From Eledone cirrhosa (taxonomy: Eukaryota): DNA of 64,000 bases. Positions 26,061 through 38,960 of the stretch are shown piece after piece. Each line of letters begins with the position of its first letter. Within the stretch, counting starts at the first letter, position 1. The notes below the pieces were generated by a model. That model worked only from the letters and a program-made list of their open reading frames with translations, did not search any database and was not told the origin of the DNA. The position numbers and the translations under genes were made by a program. The DNA lies in the NCBI GenBank assembly GCA_964016885.1, contig OZ024740.1, positions 158,844,001 through 158,908,000 of the forward strand. Direction: 5' to 3'.

Positions 26061-26219
26061 GGTTAGGTTTGACCAAGGTCTAACCAACAAAACTCATTAT
26101 CGACATCCTCTCTTACTTTGATTTATCTTTTTATGTTTTGAAGTGAATATACACAAACAATCAGTTTCAACATTATTACTTTCAATATTGTTTTTTGTTT
26201 ATTCTTCTATACTAGAGAA

Positions 26220-27155
26220 GGGCGGTGGATTGGCAGTATCGGTAGAACCAGATACTATGCTTTGCAGCATAGAGTTACGGTCTGAGTTTAAATCCCGCCG
26301 AGGTTAACTTTATCTTTCATCCTTACGGGGTCGATAAAATAAAGCACCAGTAACGTACTGGGGTCGAGCTATGGAAAAATATTTGAAAAATATTATTAAT
26401 TTTATTATTTTTTGTTGTTGATAGTTTCATTTTTACAGAAAAACGAAATAGTTATTTCAGTTGGACACATCCAAGTAGATCTGAATATTTCCACGAACTT
26501 TTTTTTTTACTAAAAATTTCGTTTGAGTTACCTCCCTTGGCAATTCATACTAATTAATGATTCAAGGGAAATAATTACAATTTTATCTAAAGCAAATGTA
26601 TTTTATCCGATGCCCAGTTTCTTGACGTCCTACTTTTGTAAGGAGAAAAGGCCATAAAATGTGCACATAGAAGCGTACTTACATATTTATATTTGAAGCG
26701 ATTATGGTAATATTGTGAATCTTAAATCGGACTCTATCCTCCAAACGAAATCGCTCTAATTTAATTTGTTTACATTATTTCAAGGTGAATTGGCAGTATC
26801 GGTAGAGGGTTGGATTATGCTTTCTAGCATAGTTACGTCCCTTTACGATCTGAGTTCAATTCCCGCCGAGGTTAACTTTGCCTTTCATCCTTACGGGGTC
26901 GATAAAATAAAGTACCAGTAATGTACTGGAATTATTGCTGGCCTTGTGCCAAAAAGTAGAAACAATTATTTCAAGGTAGATAGGACGGTGGATTAGCAGT
27001 ATTGGTAGAGGGTCGGGCGCCATGCTTTGAATCATAGAGTTACCTCCCTTTATGATCTGAGTTCAAATCCCGCCGAGGTTAACTTTGCCTTTCATCCTTA
27101 CGGGGTCGATTGGAATAATTGCTGGCCTGGTGCCAAAAGTAGAAACAATTATTTC
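26220..27155 (+). mobile_element. Three SINE family 1 copies (26220-26367, and a tandem pair at 26786-27155)
   Basis: Repeated A/B box and core. ATTTCAAGGT-like sequence recurs at the tandem junctions. Confidence 0.85.
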
Positions 27156-27789
27156 AAGGTAGATAACTCTAACAATACCAAACAATGTCCTTACATAATT
27201 ATGTCTCTTGTTAACTGGAATTTAATACAACTCGCTAAATATGTTTTATTAATAAAAAAAAAAAAATCGGAAACAAATCTATTTCAAATAACAACAACAC
27301 TACAGATATTTAAAAGCAGAAAATGAAGGGAAGGGCAAAGGCTATAGGATCACAGATTCAGGGAGACTTAGCAGTGCAAGTGACTATGAAGAGGCTCTGT
27401 TTCTATCTACCCTTGATAATATGATGTTATTGTCTCTTTGTTGATTGGTGCTGATACAGTCAATATGTACTAACATTGTATTAGATATGAATACCTGAGT
27501 ACTTCTATTAATCTACTAGCAAGTTAAACGTATGAGTTCGAATCTCGGTACCGGTGGTTGTTGTGTATATTCGACATTAACTTTAATTCTACACTAGTTT
27601 GTTTCACATAGCTGTAAGACATCAAGTCGTAGTTACTTCCCACTCCCACCTTTCTGGAATCGGAGGTTTGGTCTAATAATACTAGTATTTGGACCTGATC
27701 TTCTGTTTGGATCAGAATAATTTAATATCTTAATGCACTGCTTATTTCCACTACAATCTCCACTATTTCTCCTCGACTTCCCGTTTATC

Positions 27790-27940
27790 ATGCTTTGCAA
27801 CGTGGAGTTACGCCCCTTTACTGAGTTCATCCTGCCAAGGTTAGCTGTGCCTTCTATGCTTATGGGGGTCGATAAAATAAAGTACCAGTAATGCAGTGAG
27901 ATACTTGCTGGCCTTGTGCCAAAAATAGAAACAATTATTA
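27790..27940 (-). mobile_element. SINE family 1, partial copy (core text reads on the plus strand; orientation call is weak)
   Basis: GGGGTCGATAAAATAAAGTACCAGTAATGCA core at about 27865-27895. Confidence 0.6.
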
Positions 27941-29919
27941 TAATTACCATTACCGCTGTCGTCGTAGTTGACATCATCATCAGACCGCATAGCTCCACCT
28001 CACGATCTCGCTTTTTATTTCACGAATCACTAGTAGTGATATCCGGAGGGGAGTGTTGGTGATTTTGCCCAACACCTGGCTAATGTTTCCAAACGACAAA
28101 TGATGACACCAGCTCATCTTTTTCTCTAAAACAATGCCTAGCAAATTATACTGTATGTTACTTCACTGTTTGTGAGATGAATGAAGTTGCATAAATTTGT
28201 TTCATTGTTGGACATAATTAAAGTACCAGTCCAGTACTGAGATCGATTCTCCCACCGCTCTTTCTCTCTCCTTCACCTTCTTTGTTTCTCTCTTTCTCTA
28301 GAAGAATTCGGTTATGTTCTTACTTGAAAAGTGATGGCTTTTGCTAGATTTAAAATGCTCATGACATGCTGTGTGTCAGGACGGTCCTCAACGAATTTAT
28401 CAGAAGTTAATGGCCTCTTACTTATGTTTTTTTACGAGTCTACGTATAAACTGGTGTAATCTAAAATTATCCAGAATGTGTTTTATCAATGTTTGACTGA
28501 CATTCATTTGAGATGAAACACACATAAAGACGTTTGACGATGATGTTCATAACATTGAGTGGATAGATGAACATTCCTCCTACCGTCACTATCACTAGGT
28601 GGCTAGAAGGAGGTGCATAATAAATTAAATCTATACTTTTCCACTTGACAATTGTTTTTCTAGATAGCAGATCCCTTATGATCTCCTTCCTACATTGTTG
28701 GTGAATAGAAACTGGATATTTAAGTTATCATTTCTCCTTAACAGGCTGCACATATGCTGTATTACTCTAATATAACTGATGAATATTTCTGAAATGAAAA
28801 TGTGTACATATTTTCTTCATATATATATAGTGTTATTCAAAAGAAAATATGATTAGTTTTTGCCTCTCAACTCAATAGTTATTGTACAATGATCTCATGT
28901 AAGAACGTAGGAGCAGCATCGCGCGCGCACGTGTGTGTGTGTGTGTATGTATCTAGACGCCGCATGGCTGAATGGATAACAGGTTTGCTTTGCAATAATT
29001 AGGTCTCGAATTTGATCCATGACTGAGTGAAATTGGGTAGATAGAAACTGTTCGGAAGCCCGCTGGATGGTATTTATCTGTAATTCAAAGGTGCAGATTT
29101 GCTACAAGCTATTTCACGCTGAATCTCCCTCAGAAATACGTTTAGGGTAGAGGTGTCTGCAGAATGCTCAGCCATTTACAGGACAACTTCTTGAGCATGC
29201 TGTTCCTCTGATCAAATAATTGAAACACACATCGTTAAAACCGACGGAAGTCTATCGATGCGTGTATTTATGTATCTTTAGCGAATTAGTATAAAAGGAT
29301 GACACGTATGATTCTAAGACTGAATATACATAATAAAATGATTCATTATGTGTTACCGCGAGGAGTTAGTTGTTGTTTGCATGGAGTGAAATTAATTTGG
29401 ATAAATTGGGTTAAACCCCCTAACTCTTGTTAAGCGCATTTTGAATTCTCGGCAAAATCTCATGTTTGCTTAATTTAATATTGTCGCGAAGTGAACAGAG
29501 AACATGGAAGACATCTATTGAGTACAAATAGAGATTTGAAATGACATTCAACACTTCGGATGATTTGCAGGAGATTAATTATAACAAGCAAAGTTTGTAA
29601 TCTGTGTGGCATCTGTGTTTGTATTCAGGTTAAATGTGTGGAAGCTGAGATGTAGCTTTATCAGCCTATTGTGAGCTATGGCTTGGCTTTGACAGCATCG
29701 ACCATAAGGGTGACTTTCACGATCGAATTCTTTTGTCCAGCCTCTGAGGACCGAGTGTGAACAGAGAATGCAAACAAGTTGAGTTGAGTTGAGGTCAATA
29801 TACCCCACTTTTCATCATAGCTATTTGCAGCTATGATATCATTACTACATTGGTCTGGGTTTCGTACTGTTGTGATATTTTCACTACATATCTACGTTTG
29901 TTTATTTGTTTGTATATTT

Positions 29920-31118
29920 GTATGTATGTATGTATGTATGTATGTATGTTATGTATATGTGTATATATATGTAATATATATATATGTATATGTATGAATA
30001 TATATATATATATATATATGTATATATGTGTATATGTATGAATATATATATATATGTATGTATATGTATGAATATATATATATATGTATGTATGTGTATG
30101 AATATATATATGTATATATGTATGTATATGTATGAATATATATATATATGTATGTATATGTATGTATATGTATGAATATATATATATGTATGTATATGTA
30201 TGTATATGTATGAATATATATATATGAATGTATGTATATGTATGAATATATATATGTATATGAATGTATGTATATGTATGAATATATATATGTATATGTA
30301 TGTATATATGTATGAATATATATATATGTATGTATATGTGTATGAATATATATATATGTATGTATATGTGTATGAATATATATATATGTATGTATATGTA
30401 TGAATATATATATATGTATGTATATGTATGAATATATATATGTATGTATGAATATATATATATGTATGTATATGTATGAATATATATATATGTATGTATA
30501 TGTATGAATATATATATATATGTATGAATATATATATATGTATGTATATGTATGAATGTATGTATATGTATGAATGTATGTATATGTATGAATATATATA
30601 TATGTATATATATGTATGTATATGTGTATATATGTATGTATATGTGTATATATGTATGTATATGTGTATGTGTGTATGTATATGTGTATATATATATGTA
30701 TGTATATATGTGTGTGTGTATGTATATGTGTATATATATATGTATGTATATATGTGTGTGTGTATGTATATATATATATGTATGTATATATGTGTGTATA
30801 TATGTGTGTATGTATGTATATATATATGTATGTATATATGTGTGTATGTATGTATATATATATGTATGTATATATGTGTGTATGTATGTATATATATGTA
30901 TATATGTGTGTATGTATGTATATATATGTATATATGTGTGTATGTATATATATATATGTATGTATATATGTGTGTATGTATGTATATATATATGTATGTA
31001 TATATGTGTGTATGTATGTATATATATGTGTGTGTATGTATGTATATATATATGTGTGTATGTATGTATATGTATATGTATATATATATGTATGTATGTA
31101 TATATATATGTATATATG
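29920..31118. repeat. 1.2-kb compound (TA)n/(TATG)n/(TATGAA) microsatellite with higher-order units
   Basis: Direct inspection. Confidence 0.95.
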
Positions 31119-31723
31119 TCAGGTCACCAGTTGGTGCTACTGGTAACATGTATCCCAGTACAACCTGTCTCATGGTCGGGTCGTTGGCGACTAAACTGGC
31201 AACCCCACCAAGGTTTCTTGGTGTGGAGGGTGACTTTGGACATCCTGCAGGACTAAAAACAAAACCTGTCAAAGGGCAAAGGAGCTCTTAAGAGTCAATG
31301 GCCATCCAAAATCACCGGGAGAGATGACCCCTTAGCCTTTGTCAAGGCAGAATTCTAGGAGAAGGAAAACTCTGATATAACACCTGCAACCCTGATGGTA
31401 TCCAATGATGTTGACTTGTTCTTCTTTTTGGTAAATATCATCTTGGTTAAGAGAGTGGGACTGGCTTTGTGCAGTGCCTTTGCTCACTATAAAAGCTTCA
31501 CGGCACAGGCATTGCTTTATATCTGGAGATCTCTCTGCACTTGTCACATGGTACCATGGGCCCAGCACTATGTGTCAATAATTGTCACAAGTGTAGTCTT
31601 TGTACCAGAGTTTTCAAGTCCCTGGCTGGACTAAAAAGTCACACTCGTTCAGCGCATCAGTAGGGGTTCTCCTACATGGATATAAAGTAGTGGCCGTACT
31701 CGAAAACGAGTTGGCAGCCACCA
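31119..31723 (+). mobile_element. Non-autonomous bipartite RTE-derived retroposon (5' UTR-like part plus 3' end with C2H2 finger), (ATGT)n tail
   Basis: TCTAGGAGAAGGAAAACTCTGAT motif typical of RTE 5' regions. The 3' end encodes a C2H2-like finger and ends in a hairpin. A second copy lies at 36072-36473. Confidence 0.65.
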
Positions 31724-31899
31724 TGTATGTATGTATGTATGTATGTATGTATGTATGTATGTTTTCTCTTTCTCTTAATTTCGAGTATATTTTTTTGACC
31801 GGCCACCTTCCTGGTGGCAAGGTTGTAAAAGAAAAGAAATTGTCATCCCTGTATGTATGTATGTATGTATGTATGTATGTATGTATGTATGTATGTATG

Positions 31900-34800
31900 T
31901 TCTTCGGGTTTTATAATTTCACAAAGTTTTACCAATAGAGAGAGAGTCGGTTTCTAACATAGACACAAGACTCTCTCATTGGAATTTACACAACATCAAC
32001 TAGGTAGATATGTATGAATGTCTGCATGCATGCATGTGTAGATATGGATGTTATTGTATGTGTGGATGTGGATGTTTTGAGTTGTATGTGTGCATGTGTA
32101 TATGCTTTGTATCTGTACATGTGTATATGCAGTTATTAGATGCAACATTTTTGGAATGTTTTACATATTTTTACTGTTCCATTAATGGATTGTACTTGTA
32201 GTTTCCTAACTAGTTGTGTTTTTTCTGTTCCTGTGAAGCCTAGCTTCTCAAGATTTGTTTTGAGGCAGTTACTAACATATCCCAGTGCCCCAATAATCAC
32301 AGGCATAAATCTGAAGGTGTAATCAGGGTGGAGTATCTGCAGATTTCTCATCAGTTCTGCATAAATATTCTCCTTTTCACTAATCTTTGATATTATATTG
32401 GCATCTGCTGGGCAGCTAATTTCCACTACTGTGCATGTTTTCTTCTCTCTGTCCCATATAATATCTGGTCTATTATGCCTGCATTTTATTGGGGTTTTTA
32501 CTGGAACATTCCACCAGTACTCTTTCATATTATGTAGATGGATGTCTTCCACATTGTTGTAGCTTTTAATGTGTTTATTATCGGGGCTATCTTTTTTACG
32601 AACTGCATTGTACAGTGTTTTGGCCACTACATCATGCCTCATAGGTAAATAGTACCATGATGACATGTTTGGGCAGCTGCTGATGACATGGGTGATATCC
32701 TCGATGTTAGTTCTGCAGAGTCTGCACTTGTTATCACATCTAGGTGTTTTGCCTGCATCCCTATCTCTTTTGTGAATTAGATATTTCGTGCTAATCTCCT
32801 GTTCTTGGATTGCAAAAGCGTATCCTTCAAAGTGGGAGCCAATATAGCGGATGTTGGTCCAAGATAGACTACTTTCCTTATCTATATTACTCTCACTCTG
32901 GAGCTTCCTGGCAACATATCTATGCATGATTTTTTGCTGATAGGCATGGAGTTTTTCATCCATGGATTCACTGCGATACTGCTGAGCGACATCCCTGGGT
33001 GTGAGATTTTGATTATCACACAGGGAATATCTCTCAAGGAGTTCCTTCCCAACTCTCATGGTCTTATCTGTTTCATGCAGATAGACTTGCTCGAGAAGCA
33101 GGCTCCTACGCTTCGAGGTTCGTAGATATTGTCGGAGAGATATGATGCGACATTCAAATGTTGTCTGGGCTGATGTTAGGCCTCTGCTTCCCTGCTTACG
33201 TTTCAAGTAAAGGCGGTCTATATCACTGTTGATGTGGAAGTTTCCGGTGTTGTTCAGTATCTTTCGAGTTCCAACATCAACTGCTCGGATTTCGTCTATC
33301 GTCCAATTGAGTATTCCAAACGTTGGTGTTAGGACAGGCACAGCAAACACATTGTGAGCCACTGTTTTGTTTTGCGCAGAGAGTTCCGATGACCAAATCT
33401 TTCTTAATAGGGTGTAGTATTCCCTGGTTACGCGTTCTTTATTACAGATACCATTATAGGATATGTTCTCATCTATCCCCAGGTATCTGTAGCAGTCCTC
33501 ATCAGATATCGGTGAAACAGTTAGACCATTGATGACAATGTTGCTAGATTGGGTTGTTGTTTTTCCCCGCTTTACAGTCATCTATGAGCATTTATCTTGG
33601 CCAAACTCCATTCCTATATCCTTTGAGAACGGTGTAACCAGGTCAAGATTTTTCTTCATCCCATCCATGTTCTTGGCATAGAGTTTCAGATCGTCCACAA
33701 AGAAGTTATGGGTTAGGTTCGTATTTCTGTCCTCCTGTGAGCCAATGATGTATCCCTCACATTTCTTGAGCAGAAAGGACAAGGGGTTTAATGACAAGAT
33801 GAACAATATCACAGAGAGACTGTCCCTCTGAAATATACCCCTGCAATATTTTATTTTATCAGTGAAAATAGAGTCCTCCCTCTCTGTCTTTAACCTTAGG
33901 ATAGTAGCCCAAGAAGAAGACAGCCTCTCTATGGCTCTGACAATAATGTCTAGGACTTTAGCAAGTTGGAGGGCCTCTATCATCCAAGAGTGGGGAACAG
34001 AATCGAAAGCTTTCTTGTAGTCCAGCCAGACTGTAGTCATATTCTTCCTAAGTTGTCGCACCTCCGACATCGCAGTTTTGTTGATTAGGAGTTGTTCAGC
34101 ACATCCCCAAACCCTTTTCTTTCCAGCTGCTTGTTCATCTGTGATGATGTTATTATTTTCACAGTGATCTTGGAGGAATAGGTTCAGGCAGGCTGTATAC
34201 ATCTTATACATCAGGTTCTGGCATGCAATGGGTCGGTAGTTTTTTGCCAAGTGGGTGTCTTTGTTCTTGAGGACCAGTAACGTTTGTGCTAATGTCAACC
34301 ATTCTGGTATAAGTGTATCTCCCTTAAGAACTTGTTGGTAGAGGTCAGTAAGATACCTCCGATAGAATATTAGTTTTTTGTACCAGCAACCGACAATCAT
34401 GTCTCTTCCTGGTGTTTTCTTATCTTGGAGTTTTCCTATCACAGTCTCAAGGGTACCCTCACTTATTTCGTATCTTTTTGTTGTAGTGTAGGAGCAATAG
34501 TTCTTTCAGATTTCTCTTAGCGACACTGCATCTTGGCTGAAACCCCCCCCATATTTTTCTCCAAAAGGAATCTATGTCTTTCTGGGATGGAGCCTCAGTG
34601 ACACTTATTATTTTGCCCTTCATATCTCTATAGACTGATGTTTGGTTTCGTCTGAATCTTTTATTAAGCCTTTTCTCTCATCTACCTTCTTCAGGTATCA
34701 GCGTTTTTCGCTAACAGCTCTCAATTCTTGTTTGAGGGTAATCAGCTTATATTGGAGAGTTCTGGTTCTACTGTTACCAAACATCGTCTCTATTTTATTT

Positions 34801-36022
34801 TTCACTCTTTGTTGGTGAGGAGTGAGGTTTTTATTGTGTTTGTTTGCATGTAAGGAGCATTGTCACATGTCCTATGTTTTTTCGTAGGTCAGCACTCTTT
34901 TTTTCTATTTTAGTTATATATGATGGTATTTTTGGTGGTGTTTTGTTCTTGTTAATATCTCTGCTATCACGAAGATAATGCTTCACTGTCATTGCTAAGG
35001 TTATGAACAGGCGTTAATTTGCCAAAATGTTGGGGTTTTTATCCGTCGTAAATATTCATCCCCTATTTCGTCAATAACACGTAGTATTTCATTATTTGGT
35101 TTTTTATTCACCATTGTCATTTTAACACGTTCAGCTAGAGAGATATTTATACATGAGTTAATTTCTCTCTGGAAGATTTCGTTGAGGGAAATTTTCAATT
35201 GTTTATACTTTTGATTATCATTATCGATAGTATTTTCCACAACAGTCGAGGTAGACTCGGATGGTATACGTGGTGTCACATTTATTCGATTATTATTATT
35301 TCTTCGATTATTACTATTATCGATAGTGTTTTCCCCAGCATTCGAGGTAGACTTAGATGGTACAGGTGGTGTCAAGTTTCTTACAGGCATAGTTGATTCA
35401 AGGCGCTGTTCGACCTGGCTGCTATGAAGTCTAGTAGCATGGCGACCTGTAGCACGTGTTGATTCCATGTTTGTTGTGGGGGACTTACAATTAATAATAT
35501 TTATCTTATTTTTACGTTCAACAAACGTCGCTTGTTGGCGTAATTGTTTCGCTGTGAAATAATTTAGCTCTGGGTGCATTTCGTCCCAGTGTAGCTTCAT
35601 TCTATTCATATAGCCAATGGAGGGATTGTTTTTTGCCATTTTATAACAATTAAATAAATCATTATTAAGTTCGCAACTCGAAGAGAAATGCGATTTATAA
35701 TATCGGTTTCTTCTGTAGCTACAACTGGATAAAGTTTGTTTACTTTTCTTGTTGTTTGTCTTCGATACTTCCTTAATTTTGTTGTTGATGTTGTGTTCAG
35801 CCATGCAGTTTGTAGCAAATCCTTGTAAAATGAATTATGTATTTAGTCGGATATCTCTACGAATTCGAATAAAAGGTGTCTTCAGTAGATATAGTTAGAA
35901 GAATACCCAGTTATTAAACATGACTGTAGTTGTGGCATTGCTGTCGGAGATAGTATTCATCTTAAATTTAATAAATAGTCTCGCACGCCCAAATATGCGA
36001 CTGGTCGCGTTGTCTGTATAGT
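31900..36022 (-). mobile_element. Apparently full-length R4/Dong-clade non-LTR retrotransposon (RT, CCHC, restriction-like endonuclease), inactivated
   Basis: ORF pieces 35001-35804, 33582-34442 (NYRPIAC, WLDYKKAFDSVPH, FFVDDLKLY) and 32136-33581 (CRLC..H...C, RHD, NRPDI..VEISCP). Both ends are embedded in (ACAT)n. Confidence 0.9.
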
Positions 36023-36071
36023 ATGTATGTATGTATGTATGTATGTATGTATGTATGTATGTATGTATGTA

Positions 36072-36473
36072 TGACCCCTTAGCCTTTGTCAAGGCAGAAT
36101 TCTAGGAGAAGGAAAACTCTGATATAACACCTGCAACTCTGATGGTATCCAATGATGTTGACTTGTTCTTCTTTTTGGTAAATATCATCTTGGTTAAGAG
36201 AGTGGGACTGGCTTTGTGCAATACCTTTGCTCACTATAAAAGCTTCACGGCACAGGCATTGCTTTATGTCTGGAGATCGCTCTGCACTTGTCATCACATG
36301 GTACCATGGACCCAGCACTATGTGTCAATAATTGTCACAAGTGTAGTGTTTGTACCAGAGTTTTCAAGTTGCTGGCTGGACTAAAAAGACACACTCGTTC
36401 AGCGCATCGGTAGGAGTTCTCCTATATGGATATACAGTAGTGGCCGTACTCGAAAACGAGTTGGCAGCCACCA
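36072..36473 (+). mobile_element. Second, 5'-truncated copy of the bipartite RTE derivative
   Basis: Aligns to 31326-31723. Encodes [23 protein letters not shown] (C-x2-C-x12-H-x4-H). Confidence 0.75.
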
Positions 36474-38771
36474 TGTATGTATGTATGTATGTATGTATGT
36501 ATGTATGTATGTATGTATGTATGTATGTATGTATACAGGAAATAGTCATTAGATAAATGTCATTTTCAAAATAAGTAACGGGGTCGATAAAATCTGCTAA
36601 GACCTTTTAATGTGCTGCCCCAGCTTATCCGCAATCTAATAATTGAAATCACCAAGAAGAATAAAAAAAATCAGAAATAAAAGATGGAGTTGAAGGAAAA
36701 GATGAAATATCGATCTAGAAATGAGGTATGTGTTTGTGATGATGGTGGTGGGCGGTGGAATACAGGTGAGTGTAATTAAAGGTGTGGGTTAGGTGATAAA
36801 AAAAGAGAAACAAGTTTGAAAAGTCATATAAAAATATTCGTTTTCTTGGAGCCATAATTTCTAGTACAACTGTTATGGCGCGATTGTGAAATACAGCATT
36901 TCCTGGCCATTTTAATCCAGGCGGAGCCCATCATTTTCCAGGTCTGAACACAGCCGATTTCTGTCAGAGAAGGAGAGAGCGAGCGTGATAGAGAGAAAGT
37001 GAGAAAGCGATATAGTAGAAGAATCGGCTCCAGGAGTAGACTGGACCTTTTTTTCATCAACCTCGAAACACTGAAAAGCAAAGTTGACCTCGAATGATTT
37101 GAGATCAGAGCACAGAGAGACGAATACCGTAAAGCATTCTATTCCACGTTCTAACAACTCTGATAATTCACTGCCTATGAAACTTAGTAGATAAAAACTA
37201 AGTATGCGAGAAGTTGTAGTGAATAAAGGAAAGAGAAATACATGAAAGAGAAAGAAAAGCATGCTTTAGGTATTCTTTTTCTTCCTTGAGCCTTAAACTC
37301 CGGGTGTAGTAGTAGGGGTTTCTGTCGTGTCACTGACAATTTAAACCACGCGAATCCCATGTTTCTCCAGGTTAGATCACAGCCGATTTCTTCCGGAGAA
37401 GAATTCAATTGCAACGCTCGGCTGGAACTTTAATCAACTCCGAAAGGCAAAGTTGACGTCAGTGGGACATGCAGAAAACCGAAACGAATATTGTAAGGAA
37501 TTCTAGCCAACGTTCTAACGTATCTGTGTTATAGACAAAAGGAGATTAATTTGAAAATGTGTAGGAACTGGAAACAAAGAAGAATGTAGTGTGAGGATCA
37601 AGATTAGGCGGCAATTGAAAGAATCGTTAGAGTGTCGATAAAATGCTTCGCGGTATTTATTCCGATTCCTGGCGTGTTGAGTTCAAATCCCACAGAAGTC
37701 AACTATGTCTCTCATCCTTCTGCGACTGATAAATCATGTGGATTGGCGGAATCGAAAAAGCATCGGATGAGATACCTCGTATTTTTTTCAGTTCATTGCG
37801 TTCTGAGTTTAAATCCATCAGAAGTAATTTTTTTTTCATTCTTCCTGGGTGGATAAATAAATAATAGTCTAGGGAAGTAGACTAGCGGAATTGTTAGTGC
37901 ACCGTACGGGATATTTTGCGATATTTGTTCCTGCTCTTTGTGTTCTGATTTCAAAATTCCGCCGTAGCTTATGTGTGTGTTAGACGTCTTTTTTTTTTGC
38001 GCACCTGAAGACAACATTTGACCTAGCCTGGCCCTTGTGTACCTTCAGCAGTTATGTCAGTTGCAAACATTAAAACCAGGTCTCTGGTTGATGATTATTT
38101 CATTCTTTTTTTTCGCTAGTCTTGGTGTCCCTGGAATGTGTTATGGCAATTGCTATTCCCTTTCTTACTAAACAGTAAGAAAACTTGGGAAAATGTCAGA
38201 ATTCGAGAATAAAATTTTTTAGGATTATTGTTGTTGATATAGCTCATTCATGTGCAGGTTTATCCGGCCTATTATGAGGGTGAATTTTATGGGAGGTTTC
38301 ACGTGTGTTTTAATTATAGGCGCTCCAGTCTCATCATGCCGTCATTTTCCAGTTGACAGGAGATGGTATTTGAACTCAAAACGTGCATAACCCGAACAGA
38401 TACCACCAGTCCACCTCTCTGGAATGGTATATTATCTATCGACTCCGAGGAAATGAAAGGCGAATTTGACTTCGGTGGAATTTGAACTCAGAATGCACAT
38501 AACTAGAACAAATAGTGTAAATTCATTCCTCTGGAATAGAACTTTATTTATAGACTCTGAGAAGACGAAAGGCGAATTCAATCCCGGTGGTATTTGAATT
38601 CAGATTGCAGAGATTCAGACCAACTAACTCTCTAACTTTTCATCATCTAAATTTTGGGAGTCCAGTGGGGAAATTATTTTTAGGTTTAAAATTACTTTAT
38701 TTTCATTTGTAGTTTCTGCTAGATTTATTTGTGCTAATTTTTGCACTAAATTAAAAAATAAATACAATGAT

Positions 38772-38960
38772 GATTTCTACTATAGGCACAAGACCATCAA
38801 TTGGGGGAGGAGAAAGTCTATTACATCGACCCCAGTGCATTACTGGTGCTTTATTTTATCAACCCGGTAAGGATGAAAGGCAAAGATAACCTAGGCGGGA
38901 TTTGAACTCAGAATGTAAAGGGCCGTAACTCTATACCGCAAAGCATGTTGTCCTAAGCTC
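38772..38960 (-). mobile_element. SINE family 1 (degenerate tandem fragments precede it at 38380-38620)
   Basis: Reverse-complement core and B box. Confidence 0.8.

Noticed and set aside
35845-35895. Hammerhead in the R4 5' UTR (minus-strand CUGAAGA...GAA...UA)
   Set aside because: Stem II cannot form and the GAAA box is incomplete.
31326-36473. LTR retrotransposon suggested by ~400-bp direct repeats flanking an RT
   Set aside because: No TG..CA ends, PBS, integrase or TSD. The interior is an opposite-strand R4 LINE, and the repeats are independent tailed retroposons with different 5' ends.
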